Made by a program: the position numbers and the translations under genes. A stretch of DNA of 64,000 nucleotides from an uncultured archaeon (GTDB lineage Archaea; Iainarchaeota; Iainarchaeia; Iainarchaeales; DTGL01), in assembly GCA_964551725.1 (NCBI GenBank), contig CAZKED010000001.1, positions 1 through 64,000 of the forward strand, in the 5' to 3' direction. The stretch's first letter is position 1; every line of letters starts with the position of its first letter. Shown in pieces: positions 9,262 through 19,204 of the stretch. The notes under the pieces were generated by a model. The model did not search any database. It was not told where the DNA came from and saw only the letters and a list, made by a program, of their open reading frames with translations.

Positions 9262-9927
9262 TCACTTCATCAGCCCGAGTTTCACAAGCGTGGTGTAATT
9301 GTGCACTTTCCAAGGGGAAATTTTTCCGGAGAAAGAGCATTTTCTTTTGAGTATTTTTTTGCGCGCTTCCTCGAGGTCTGACGCCTCTACTTCAACGTAG
9401 GCATTTCCCAACTCGACCGGAAAGTGCGCGTCGCTTCCCGCGGTGAAGGGCTTGCCGTGCTCGGCGGCATATCTTTCCGCAAGTTTGTTGGGGAAATTGA
9501 ACCTGCAGCGGGAATTGAACACCTCCACGGCGTGCACCTCTGAAACAATTTCGTCGAGCGCCTTGAAGCTGTACAGCAGAGGTTTGCGAAGGTAATCGAA
9601 GGGATGCGGCACTGAAATAAACGCGTCCTGCTCTTCCAGGGCATCGAGAACGTCCCAGAGCTGCCCTTTTTTAACCGGGTTCTGCATGAACAAGCCGAGT
9701 AATTCTCCCAGGTAATTGCTTCCGGAGTAAACCTTTATCTCTTCTCCTTGGATGAAGGGCCATTTCTGCGATTTGGATTGCTTTTTCGTTTCCTTCCAGC
9801 CATCGCAGGTGTTGTGGTCGGTTAGTGCGGGAATTATTCCTTTTTCTTTGGAGAGCCCTATTATCTGTTCGGGCTTGAGTCCTGCATCTCCGGAATGCCT
9901 GGAATGAATGTGGAAATCGATTTTCAA
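9262..9927 (-). CDS. PHP-domain metallophosphoesterase
   Basis: DFHIHS..S.D, LTDHN, GEEI, PHPF, EVFN.R, GSDAHF. Confidence 0.9.
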   Translation of the reverse strand: MKIDFHIHSRHSGDAGLKPEQIIGLSKEKGIIPALTDHNTCDGWKETKKQSKSQKWPFIQGEEIKVYSGSNYLGELLGLFMQNPVKKGQLWDVLDALEEQDAFISVPHPFDYLRKPLLYSFKALDEIVSEVHAVEVFNSRCRFNFPNKLAERYAAEHGKPFTAGSDAHFPVELGNAYVEVEASDLEEARKKILKRKCSFSGKISPWKVHNYTTLVKLGLMK

Positions 9928-9976
9928 AAAAACACCTTTTTTCTAATGCTTGGAAATAATTAGCCGGGATGTGTTT

Positions 9977-10405
9977 TTAGTTTTTTCCATTTGTTATCGG
10001 CGCGGAAATTGCCTCCTCGTTGCATTCCATTATTTCTTCGGGGGAAATCGCAAGCGTTTTTTTATCTCCCACGGGAAAGAAGAAGGTCTCCGCACTCGAA
10101 GCGCTCTCGTCCAGGAGAACCCTGATGCCGTAAACCGAAACCGGCGGGAGGAATTCCTTGCTGTAGCCGGTTATTCCCTCGGTTTCCCTATTGTCCGCTT
10201 CCCTCAAGCCTTTCAGACCGGATTCCTTTTCCATTTTTTTCAGGTCGGGGGAATGCCTTGAAAGGAATACCGCGAGCACCGGCACTGAGCGCTTTTCCCT
10301 GGAAACGAATAAAGTGCATTTTGCCGAATTGGCTCCCGACACCTGCCTGTGCAGAATCCGTGCGTTCAGCTTGTTGGCTTGAATGAAGTCCTCAAGCATA
10401 GGCAA
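9977..10405 (-). CDS. Divergent YbaK/aminoacyl-tRNA editing domain protein
   Basis: AKCTLF, TEGITGY...LPP, VLLDE, LAISPEE pattern of the YbaK/ProX family. Confidence 0.65.
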   Translation of the reverse strand: MPMLEDFIQANKLNARILHRQVSGANSAKCTLFVSREKRSVPVLAVFLSRHSPDLKKMEKESGLKGLREADNRETEGITGYSKEFLPPVSVYGIRVLLDESASSAETFFFPVGDKKTLAISPEEIMECNEEAISAPITNGKN

Positions 10406-10483
10406 TATAATTATAAAAGAAATTAATAAAAAAGGAAAAGGCGCAGATACTGCGTTCAGAGCGCGGGTGCGCCGTGGGACAAA

Positions 10484-11644
10484 TCAGAGACCTGCTTCCT
10501 TTCGCAGCAGTTCCGCCTTGTCGGTTTTTTCCCATGTGAATTCGGGCTCTTCCCTGCCAAAATGACCGTAGCATGCTGTTTTTGCGAAAATCGGTCTCCT
10601 TAGATTCAGTTCCTTTATCATCCCGCTCGGGGTGAGATTGAAGTGCTTTTTCACCAGTCCGAATATTTTTCTCGCGGGAATCTTGTTTGTGCCGAAGAAA
10701 TCAATGAAAACGGAGATGGGCTCGCGGCTTCCAATCGCGTAGGACAACTGCATCTCGCATCTTTCAGCCAGACCTGCCTTCACTATGTTCTTTGCAATGT
10801 AGCGCGCGTAGTAAGCTGCTGTGCGGTCCACTTTTGTAGGGTCTTTTCCCGAGAAAGCGCCGCCGCCGTGGTTGCCCACTCCTCCGTAAGTGTCCACTAT
10901 TATTTTCCTTCCCGTGCAGCCCGCATCCGCAACAGGGCCGCCCATTACGAACCTGCCCGTGTTGTTGATGAAATATTTTGTGTTACTGTCCAGGAATTCG
11001 GAGCAGACCGGCTTTATTACTTTTTCCTTTATGTCCCCGCGGAGTTTTTTGAGCTCAATGTCGGGGTCGTGCTGTGCCGCTATTACCACTGCCTCAATGC
11101 GCTTAGGTGTTGAATTCTCGAATTCGAATGTTACCTGGGTTTTTCCGTCGGGCCTGAGGTAGGGGAGAATGCCTTTTTTCCTGACTTCCGCGAGTTTCAT
11201 CGCAAGCTTTTGCGCGTACATTATGCTCGCGGGCATCAGTTCAGGGGTTTCTTTTGTCGCGTAACCGGACATCATTCCCTGGTCTCCTGCGCCCGTGCCC
11301 CTGCTTCCTTTTTCGTCCACTCCAAGCGCGATGTCGGGGCTCTGCTCGTGGATTGAAGTGAGCACGCCCACGCTCTGGCTGTCGAATCCGTATTCCGGCT
11401 CCGTGTAGCCGATTTTTTCGAGAACGCCGCGCACTATTCCGGGAACGTCGGCGTACGCCTTCGTCGTAATCTCGCCCGTAACGAGAATGAATCCCATTCC
11501 CGCAATTGTTTCGCACGCCACTCTCGCATTCCTGTCCTTTGCGATTATTGAATCAAGAATTGTGTCCGAAACCTGGTCGCAGACCTTGTCGGGGTGACCC
11601 TCAGCCATCGCTTCGGAAGTGAAAAAATACCTTCCAGATCTCAT
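10484..11644 (-). CDS. metK: S-adenosylmethionine synthetase, bacterial/eukaryotic type
   Basis: [63 protein letters not shown]. Confidence 0.97.
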   Translation of the reverse strand: MRSGRYFFTSEAMAEGHPDKVCDQVSDTILDSIIAKDRNARVACETIAGMGFILVTGEITTKAYADVPGIVRGVLEKIGYTEPEYGFDSQSVGVLTSIHEQSPDIALGVDEKGSRGTGAGDQGMMSGYATKETPELMPASIMYAQKLAMKLAEVRKKGILPYLRPDGKTQVTFEFENSTPKRIEAVVIAAQHDPDIELKKLRGDIKEKVIKPVCSEFLDSNTKYFINNTGRFVMGGPVADAGCTGRKIIVDTYGGVGNHGGGAFSGKDPTKVDRTAAYYARYIAKNIVKAGLAERCEMQLSYAIGSREPISVFIDFFGTNKIPARKIFGLVKKHFNLTPSGMIKELNLRRPIFAKTACYGHFGREEPEFTWEKTDKAELLRKEAGL

Positions 11645-11796
11645 AAAATTCCTCCAGTTTTATTAAAGCAGGTTTTCAGGAATAAAAATCATCCTGGGCA
11701 ATAAATAAAAACAGTTCGGCGCCCACCCTTATTAATAATTTCCTGAAAAAAATATTCAAATAAGAATTGAACTGCCTGGTACAAAAAGGTGCGAAA

Positions 11797-12360
11797 ATGC
11801 TTCCGGAACTGAGCGAAATAAAGCGCGTGAGAAAGCGCCTCGGATTGAGCCAGGTGCAGCTGGCAATGCTTGCAGGAGTGTCACAATCGCTCGTGGCGAA
11901 AACGGAGAGCGGAAAGATTGTGCCGGGCTATGACAAGGCAAAGAGGATTTTCAATTCGCTCGAAATGCTCGGCAGCGAGCAGACCGCGAAGGCAAAAGAC
12001 CTCATGGCCAGAAACATAAAGTTTGTCGAGGAAAAAGACAGCGTTGCAAAGGCAATCCGCATCATGGAAAAGAACGCTTTTTCGCAACTGCCCGTGCTCA
12101 GGAACCAGAGGAGCATCGGCACTATTTCCGAGAAAACAATCGTCTCGAAGTTCAGCGGCAGCAAGAGCCAGGACCCTGCAAAAGTCCTGGTGGGCGAGGT
12201 AATGGACGACTCGCTGCCAGTGCTCGGAGAGGATACGCCGGCAGGACTGCTGAGCAGCATGCTCGAGTATGAATCCGCACTGCTCATTGCAAGGCAGGGA
12301 AGGGTTGCCGGAATAGTGACAAAATCCAACCTCCTCGAGGCGCTCATGGAGAAGAAATAA
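11797..12360 (+). CDS. XRE-HTH + CBS-pair transcriptional regulator (COG3620-like)
   Basis: RKRLGLSQ..LA..AGVSQS.VAK.ESGK HTH followed by two CBS motifs (FSQLPV, GIVTKSNLL); AGGTG before ATG 11797. Confidence 0.9.
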   Translation: MLPELSEIKRVRKRLGLSQVQLAMLAGVSQSLVAKTESGKIVPGYDKAKRIFNSLEMLGSEQTAKAKDLMARNIKFVEEKDSVAKAIRIMEKNAFSQLPVLRNQRSIGTISEKTIVSKFSGSKSQDPAKVLVGEVMDDSLPVLGEDTPAGLLSSMLEYESALLIARQGRVAGIVTKSNLLEALMEKK

Positions 12361-12513
12361 TGCCCGAAAGTGCTGAAAACGCTGGTTCCAGGGCTTGAAA
12401 CCACGGAATTCGTAAAAATGCCGCCCGGGCAGGGGTGCGAAACCTTTTTATTTAATGCCACAGCAAATATATTAATGATTATTAGTTAATGAGTGAAAAG
12501 GGTGGTTGGCCTA

Positions 12514-13041
12514 ATGAGAAAAATACATTCAGTATTGGTAGCACTTATACTTGCGCTTGCTCTTTGCGGAGCGAACGCTTTCAATGAAAGCGACATAGAA
12601 CTTACTGAAAACATCTATTTGACCGGGGACAAGACAATTGATGTATCCGTCTACAACCCCGCGCTCGAGGACAAGGATTTGAGCGTCAGGTTTCTGGGCC
12701 CGGAAGGACTGGACTACGAGTTCAAAAATGTGCCCAGCGAAATACGCGGGGAAGGAAAAGCAAACTTCACCCTAACCCTCAAGCCGAAGGGGGAAATATT
12801 CAAAACCAAGTATGCTGCAACGCTTGCCGTGGAACTGGGCAACGAAACCGTTCTGAAAGAAACAAGACTGCATTTCTCGAAGCCCGGCGCGGAAGAGGAA
12901 GAAGAAGGCACAGGGCTCTTCTCGCTCGGAATGTTCTGGCTCGGGCTGACTGAAGACAGCGGACTGCTCATCAACTTCATACTGCTGTTAATTGCCGTGG
13001 TATTGTTCGCAATATTTGTAATAAAAGTGAGGGAAAGGTGA
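12514..13041 (+). CDS. Small secreted Ig-like protein with C-terminal TM anchor
   Basis: Signal peptide, one beta-sandwich, acidic linker, TGLF, TM helix; first gene of a three-gene surface operon. Confidence 0.75.
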   Translation: MRKIHSVLVALILALALCGANAFNESDIELTENIYLTGDKTIDVSVYNPALEDKDLSVRFLGPEGLDYEFKNVPSEIRGEGKANFTLTLKPKGEIFKTKYAATLAVELGNETVLKETRLHFSKPGAEEEEEGTGLFSLGMFWLGLTEDSGLLINFILLLIAVVLFAIFVIKVRER

Positions 13042-13042
13042 A

Positions 13043-16000
13043 ATGGAAATGAAAAGAATGCTGGCATTAATCGCCCTTGCGGCGTCTTTTTTGTTTATTT
13101 TAAACGGTGCGAACGCCGACGTTACCTATACGTTCGGCAGCGACAACCGCACTCTCGTGATTTCACCCTCGCAGTACGTTGACAGCTGCGAGCAATTCAC
13201 CTTTCATTTCCCGGACTATCCCTCAAACTATACCACTGACTCGGGGCACAGAATCCAGATAACGTATTACAAAATAGGGGAAGGGGGCGGAAGCCCAAAG
13301 ACGGAGACAATGTGCGTGCCCGGAAAAACCTGCCCGAGCAGAAAGGCAACATTCAAAATCTGCGAGGACGGGAGATGGCATTTCACCATAAAGCACCAGT
13401 ACAGAGTTCTGGGAATATGGCTCACGGGAAACAGCTTCGGGACAACGATGTTCATAGGCGATTACCAGGGCGGCGGAGGCACTCCGGGAACAGGGCCGGT
13501 TGCAAACTTCACATACTACAACACGAGACCCGGAACACAGCAAAACTCGGGATACAGCCGCCTGGATGCGGGCTCAAGCAGCGGAAACATAGTAAAGTAC
13601 AAGTGGGACTTCGATGCAGGAGACCCCGTAACGGGACACAAGGAATTCTACAACCAGCCGGTTTACAATTTTTACTGGACGCACGACACAGGCGGGTTCA
13701 CTTTTGAAGCGGACATTCCCGTAACTCTCACCGTCACTGACAGCCAGGGAAGAACTGACTCAATAACCAAAACAGTTCACGTCCTGAAAATCTGCTGCCA
13801 GGGACCATGCCCTACGCCGACTCCAACGCCGACACCCACGCCGACCCCGTGCTATGAATGCGGAAACGGAATACTCGAACCGGGAGAAGAATGCGAATAC
13901 GACTCACACTGCCCATGCCCACAAGACACATGCATAGGAAACGATTATTACGATTACCCGGCACACGGAGACTGCCTGGGAAACTGCACATGCAACACAT
14001 CAACACAATCATGCACAGGACCCTGCAAACCAACAATAACATACAACGACCCGAGATGCATGCCAACCCCGACACCCACACCTACGCCGACTCCAACGCC
14101 GACACCCACGCCGACCCCGTGCTATGAATGCGGAAACGGAATACTCGAACCGGGAGAAGAATGCGAATACGACTCACACTGCCCATGCCCACAAGACACA
14201 TGCATAGGAAACGATTATTACGATTACCCGGCACACGGAGACTGCCTGGGAAACTGCACATGCAACACATCAACACAATCATGCACAGGACCCTGCAAAC
14301 CAACAATAACATACAACGACCCGAGATGCTGTCCTCCGGAATGCGACGAGGGATGGATTGGCGCAACTTACTGCGAGTGCGGAAACGTGTGGCAGACCTG
14401 GCAGTACAGCGACTGCGCGACAGAGGAAAGGATAAAGGAATACTGCGATTACGGTTGCACCGGCGGGGTATGCAACCTACAGCAATGCGACCCTGGATAC
14501 ATCGGCGGGAGGTACTGCAAGAACGGCGATGTATATCAAATGTACAGGTATTCTGACTGCACGGAGCAGGAGAGGAAAAGGGAGGACTGCGGAACGCGCG
14601 GATGCTACAACGGAGAGTGCGGTTCCTGTCCAGGATGCAACCACGCCCCGAGCACCCCGAACGTATACATAACGCCGGGTTCGCCTGCCGATTCTGATGA
14701 CCTAGTGTGCCACGCTTCAAGCACGGATTACGAGGGAGACACAATACGCTACACCTACACGTGGAAGCGCGACGGCTACACCTACAGAACGCAGGAAACC
14801 ACGAGCAGGACAAACACAATTTACGATTCCCTCACAGACGAATACGAGGACTGGGCATGCAGCGTTAAAGCCTGCGATCCCTGGGACTGCAGCGGCACCG
14901 CAAGCGACACTGTTACAATAGGGCACTTCGGTTATTTTTGCGACAACCTTGACCTCGAAATAGAGCCGGATTACGACACACTGAGAATGACAAGAAACGA
15001 AAGGGACAGCATGTCTTTCTCCATAAAGAACAATTCCAATGAAAGGGTGTGCTTTGATTTGGAGGGAAGAACTTCCTCGAGCTATCTGGAAGCGGAGCCC
15101 TCCACGGACTACATGTGCCTGAACGGAAAGGAAAGGACATGGGTCACGCTTAGCATCGAAACTATGGATGCACCTTGCAGGGATTACACTGCCACGCTCA
15201 AGGCGAGGAACGACTGCGATTCAGACTCTGGTTCAGTGAACGTGGAGGTCTACGGATGCGAAGAGTGCACCAACTGCATTGATTTGATTCCTTACCGGGG
15301 CACAGTGTGCAGGGGGGAAGAAAGCACCCTGCGCGTTAAGGTGAAGAACAACTATTACTCGCGCATAAAGAGAGTGGAGCTCGACACTTCTTCCACCGAA
15401 TTCCTCGCATACTTCGAGGACGACGAAATCGAACTCGACTCAAGGGAAAGCGAGTACGTTGATTTGATTATTTACGCGGATGAAAGCGTTCCGCTGGGAG
15501 AAGACTATGTGTACATTTACGCAAGGACGGACACCGATTACGTGAGGGAAAAGGCCTACTTCGAAGTCAAGGACTGCGGGGAGGAGGAAGATGTTACATT
15601 TGAGATAATAATGAGCGAATACTGTTTTGAAATAGAAAAGGGCAGGGATTACAACATTGCTTTCGAGGTAAAAAGTTTGGTCGATAAAACGCAGGTGGTT
15701 AACCTGCAGACCGTTTCCGACCTCGTCACAGAACTCCAAAAAAAACAGATCACTCTCACGCCGAGGGAAAGGGAAACGGTTAAATTCAAGGTCAGAGCGG
15801 ATGAAAGCGATGCGGCCGGAACGCACGATGTTGAGGTAATCGGGTGGAATTCCTACCACAGGGAGAAAAAGCTCAGGTGCATTGATGTCGAACCCTTGAG
15901 CAGGACAAAAATAACCATTAAAGAGAATTATCTGGAAATAGAGCAGTGCGATTACGGCGTCTTTGTGGTATTCATAGAAAACGAAGGTGATTCAGCAGAG

Positions 16001-16726
16001 CACTACGAGCTAAGCGTGAACAACCCCACGCCCGCGGAGATAGAATTCTCCGACCGGGAATTCGACCTGGAAGCGGGGGGAACAAAAGAAGTGTTCATAA
16101 GCGTTAACGTTCCGCTGGACACCGAACTCGGGGACTATTCACTCGACCTCATAATCGAGAACTCCGAAATATGGACAAAAAAACTCTATTACGAAGTGGT
16201 CGAGGCGGTGCCGGAAGGCGGGGAACTGCGCGGGCTGTGGATTACCTCGTACCCAATGCAGCTGGTATTCGAAGAGGGAAAAGACAAAAACATTACGGTG
16301 AAAATAAGCAACCTCTCCGCGGACGACTGGGAGGACATAGAACTGAAATTTGATTTGCCGGAGGGATTTTCAACACCGGAAAGAAAATTCTCGCTTGAAG
16401 CGGGAAAAACAAAAACAATAGTGCAGAAAATAAGCGTGGCGGAAGGAGTTGAAGCGGGATACTACGATGCGAACATTGAAGCGGTGCTCGACGAGGACAG
16501 CACGGTGAAGAAACTGAAACTCATAGTGGAAAAGGAAGAAGCCGCTGCCGAAGAGGGAACAGACTTGGGCGAAGCACTGGGCTCTGCGATGGCGGGCTTG
16601 GTCACGCTTGCGCCCGCGGCAGGAATGGGTTTAATTGTTTTGCTCATAGTAATTCTTTTAATGCTCATACTCGGCGTAATCGTTCCGAGGAGATATTCAG
16701 ACCAGCCGGTCTGGCACAGGAGGTAA
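13043..16726 (+). CDS. 1227-aa membrane-anchored surface protein (PKD, Pro-Thr linkers, Cys-rich repeats, Ig-like repeats)
   Basis: Signal peptide; PKD motif PVANF...YKWDF...VTLTVTD; (PT)n; CGNGILEPGEEC modules; COG1470-like Ig repeats; C-terminal TM. Confidence 0.85.
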   Translation: MEMKRMLALIALAASFLFILNGANADVTYTFGSDNRTLVISPSQYVDSCEQFTFHFPDYPSNYTTDSGHRIQITYYKIGEGGGSPKTETMCVPGKTCPSRKATFKICEDGRWHFTIKHQYRVLGIWLTGNSFGTTMFIGDYQGGGGTPGTGPVANFTYYNTRPGTQQNSGYSRLDAGSSSGNIVKYKWDFDAGDPVTGHKEFYNQPVYNFYWTHDTGGFTFEADIPVTLTVTDSQGRTDSITKTVHVLKICCQGPCPTPTPTPTPTPTPCYECGNGILEPGEECEYDSHCPCPQDTCIGNDYYDYPAHGDCLGNCTCNTSTQSCTGPCKPTITYNDPRCMPTPTPTPTPTPTPTPTPTPCYECGNGILEPGEECEYDSHCPCPQDTCIGNDYYDYPAHGDCLGNCTCNTSTQSCTGPCKPTITYNDPRCCPPECDEGWIGATYCECGNVWQTWQYSDCATEERIKEYCDYGCTGGVCNLQQCDPGYIGGRYCKNGDVYQMYRYSDCTEQERKREDCGTRGCYNGECGSCPGCNHAPSTPNVYITPGSPADSDDLVCHASSTDYEGDTIRYTYTWKRDGYTYRTQETTSRTNTIYDSLTDEYEDWACSVKACDPWDCSGTASDTVTIGHFGYFCDNLDLEIEPDYDTLRMTRNERDSMSFSIKNNSNERVCFDLEGRTSSSYLEAEPSTDYMCLNGKERTWVTLSIETMDAPCRDYTATLKARNDCDSDSGSVNVEVYGCEECTNCIDLIPYRGTVCRGEESTLRVKVKNNYYSRIKRVELDTSSTEFLAYFEDDEIELDSRESEYVDLIIYADESVPLGEDYVYIYARTDTDYVREKAYFEVKDCGEEEDVTFEIIMSEYCFEIEKGRDYNIAFEVKSLVDKTQVVNLQTVSDLVTELQKKQITLTPRERETVKFKVRADESDAAGTHDVEVIGWNSYHREKKLRCIDVEPLSRTKITIKENYLEIEQCDYGVFVVFIENEGDSAEHYELSVNNPTPAEIEFSDREFDLEAGGTKEVFISVNVPLDTELGDYSLDLIIENSEIWTKKLYYEVVEAVPEGGELRGLWITSYPMQLVFEEGKDKNITVKISNLSADDWEDIELKFDLPEGFSTPERKFSLEAGKTKTIVQKISVAEGVEAGYYDANIEAVLDEDSTVKKLKLIVEKEEAAAEEGTDLGEALGSAMAGLVTLAPAAGMGLIVLLIVILLMLILGVIVPRRYSDQPVWHRR
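13811..14329 (+). repeat. Identical 249-bp direct repeat (13811-14059 and 14081-14329), period 270 bp
   Basis: Base-by-base comparison found no differences; encodes a PT linker plus a Cys-rich module. Confidence 0.95.
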
Positions 16727-16744
16727 ATTCGGAGGTAATTTTGA

Positions 16745-18994
16745 ATGAACGCGTTTAACAAGTTCACTGTACTCGGAGTGCTGTTAGTGCTCCTGAGTTT
16801 CGGGGTAAAAGCCCCGTTCACCGAGGGTGATTTCGAACTCGGGGGGGACTGCTTCAAGATAACGCAGGAAACATACGTTTTCCAGAACAATTCCGCGGGC
16901 ACGAAAAACTACACGCTTACCGCCACGGGCGACGGAAAGGACTGGATCAACGTAAGCGGGAAGCAGATTGCCTTGGAACCGCTCAAGTTCACGCTCAAAG
17001 CCGGAGAATCAAAAGAAATGCCCGCATTCATAAAACCCTGCTGCTGCACACTGCCCAAAACCTACACTATTGGCTTAAAGGTAACAGGCGGCGAGGACCT
17101 GACGCAGGTAATAAGCTTCAGGGTGAAGGACAGCAGGAAGATTTCCCTCGCACTTGAGCCAGAAATTGTCGAAATAGGCCAGTGCGAGAAAGGCGAAGTG
17201 ACAATAACAGTCAAAAACGAAAGCCAGATAACAGAGGATTACAGGCTCGAGGTTTCAGGGATAAACGAGGGATGGCTGGAACTTGCCACGACAGAATTCT
17301 CCCTCGAAAAAGACTCCGAAAGGGAAATCAAAATGTTCATTCAGCCCCCGTGCGACCAGAAACTGGGCGAATATGCAGGCACGCTCACAGTGAAAATAGA
17401 CGAATGCCCCGAATTGTCCGAACAGGCAGAAGTGAAAGTGAAAATAGTGGACAAGCAGTACATTGCGATAGGTTCGAAGGAAGAACTGGAATTCGGAATC
17501 TGCAACGACGTGCAGGAGGAAAGGGAAATCACAGTGGAAAACCTCGGAAGAGCGGAAGACTCGCTGAAAATTTCAATTGAAGGACCTGACTGGATGCAGT
17601 TGAGGGAAAAGGCAATGACAATTAAAGCAGGGGAAAAGAAAACACTGCACCTGCTCCTCGTGGAAAGCGATGCGGATGAAGGAGAATACACGGCAACAAT
17701 TACCGCGCAGTCCACCAAATACGGAAAGGAAACAAGCGCGGAACTCAAAGTAATGACAGAGGACTGCTACAATCTCACGGTGGAAAAAACAAAGGGCGCT
17801 GAGGAAGCTTGCATCGAGAACCCGCTCTCGTACGAGTTCTCGCTGACAAACCCCAAGGACACCGAAATAAGCGTTTCATTGAGCGTTGAAGGCTTGAGCG
17901 CAACGGTAAACCCTAAAACGCTCACGCTGAGGCCAAAGGAATCGAAAAGCGTTACAGCAGCATTCGACCTCGAGAAAGAAAAACCGGGAAAAAAGGAATT
18001 CGCGCTGAAAGTGCTGTCTGACAACTTCAAGACCTCGCGCACTTACGGCTTCGAACTAATGAACTGCTACGATTTGCTCGTTGACTACGACGGCATCAGG
18101 GAACCGATAGAAATAGTGATAAGCAAGGGAATATGCCAGTGGGAAGAGGTATTCACACTCAAAGCGACAAACACAGGCACAATGGAACAGGAAGTCGAAA
18201 TTTCCGCTGGGAAAGTGGAATGGGTTACGGTCGAGCCCGCCGCCTTGGACCTGAAGCCGGACGAGACAAAGGAATTCTATGTATATGTCACGCCTCCTCT
18301 TCAAACAGAGGAAGGAAGCTACACTGAAATCCTCGCGGTAAAAGCAAGGGATTACTCTAGGGAGCAGAGGATTAAAATAGACGTTTCAAAGGTCGAAGGC
18401 GAAAAGCCCTGCCTCGAAGCAGGCTCCGAGCTGGAGGAAACAATAGTGACAGAGGAAAAAACAGTAAAGGTCAAAGTAATGCTGACAAACACCGGCAACT
18501 GCGCGCTGAACATCACCGGGGTAAGCTCAAAGGCGTACAGCGCAGCATTTGAGTTCGAACCTTTCACTCTTGAAAGGGGCGAGGAAAAAGTGGTTAATGC
18601 CACGCTGCAGCTTGGAAAAGGCTTTGATGCCGAGGAAGTTGAACTGCCTCTGAGCATTCAGACCGACCGCGGCATTCTAACGCAGAATGTAACGGTCAGC
18701 CTGGTTGAAGAAGCCGAAGAAGAAACCCCGGGCGCGGAAACAGGCGAAGAGAAAACAGAAGAAGCAGGTGAAGAAGAGGAAGAGGCAATGCCAGGCGGGC
18801 TGCTTGTTTTGGCTCCCGGCACGGTGAATCTGCTCATCCTTTTGTTCCTTGCAATTGTTGCAGTGGTAATAGTGATGCTTGCCTACTACGCTTACGCAAA
18901 GACGCCGAGCGCCAGCGGCAGGGGAAAAGGCAGCGGATGGTACGGCGAACCCCACAGGCACTCAAAAGCAGCCAAAAAAGGAAAGAGAAAGTAA
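16745..18994 (+). CDS. 749-aa surface protein with tandem Ig-like (COG1470/NEW3-like) domains and TM anchor
   Basis: Signal peptide; about 6 repeats of N.G......L.....W.....F.L..GE; acidic linker; TM; basic tail; SD GGAGGT. Confidence 0.8.
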   Translation: MNAFNKFTVLGVLLVLLSFGVKAPFTEGDFELGGDCFKITQETYVFQNNSAGTKNYTLTATGDGKDWINVSGKQIALEPLKFTLKAGESKEMPAFIKPCCCTLPKTYTIGLKVTGGEDLTQVISFRVKDSRKISLALEPEIVEIGQCEKGEVTITVKNESQITEDYRLEVSGINEGWLELATTEFSLEKDSEREIKMFIQPPCDQKLGEYAGTLTVKIDECPELSEQAEVKVKIVDKQYIAIGSKEELEFGICNDVQEEREITVENLGRAEDSLKISIEGPDWMQLREKAMTIKAGEKKTLHLLLVESDADEGEYTATITAQSTKYGKETSAELKVMTEDCYNLTVEKTKGAEEACIENPLSYEFSLTNPKDTEISVSLSVEGLSATVNPKTLTLRPKESKSVTAAFDLEKEKPGKKEFALKVLSDNFKTSRTYGFELMNCYDLLVDYDGIREPIEIVISKGICQWEEVFTLKATNTGTMEQEVEISAGKVEWVTVEPAALDLKPDETKEFYVYVTPPLQTEEGSYTEILAVKARDYSREQRIKIDVSKVEGEKPCLEAGSELEETIVTEEKTVKVKVMLTNTGNCALNITGVSSKAYSAAFEFEPFTLERGEEKVVNATLQLGKGFDAEEVELPLSIQTDRGILTQNVTVSLVEEAEEETPGAETGEEKTEEAGEEEEEAMPGGLLVLAPGTVNLLILLFLAIVAVVIVMLAYYAYAKTPSASGRGKGSGWYGEPHRHSKAAKKGKRK

Positions 18995-19056
18995 AACGCT
19001 TTCTCTTTTTTTCTGTTTTTTTAATTTCAACCAGCAACTCCGAAAGCTACTTTTCG

Positions 19057-19088
19057 TAATGAGCAATAATGCAGATTATTGCTCATTA
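19057..19088. promoter_or_regulatory. Perfect 14-bp inverted repeat (operator-like)
   Basis: TAATGAGCAATAAT-GCAG-ATTATTGCTCATTA. Confidence 0.6.
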
Positions 19089-19140
19089 TAATGCGCAATG
19101 TTCTGCCTCTGGAGAGCCATTTCGGACCCTTTTTTGAAAC

Positions 19141-19190
19141 CGAAAAACATTTAAATATAGATTAACATATTATTTAATAATATGTTAATC
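19141..19190 (+). promoter_or_regulatory. BRE/TATA promoter followed by a perfect 15-bp inverted repeat operator
   Basis: CGAAAAA-CA-TTTAAATA, then GATTAACATATTATT-T-AATAATATGTTAATC (19160-19190), then SD-like GGGAGTG. Confidence 0.8.
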
Positions 19191-19204
19191 GGGAGTGTCA
19201 AAAA

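Noticed and set aside
11645-11796. SAM riboswitch upstream of metK
   Set aside because: Short AT-rich divergent promoter region with no recognisable aptamer.
13811-14120. CRISPR-like short repeats
   Set aside because: These are Pro-Thr codon repeats inside a CDS, with no unique spacers or cas genes. No CRISPR array was seen anywhere in the window.
13811-14329. DGR template/variable repeat pair
   Set aside because: The copies are identical, with no adenine-specific mismatches, both lie in frame mid-gene, and there is no reverse transcriptase in the window.
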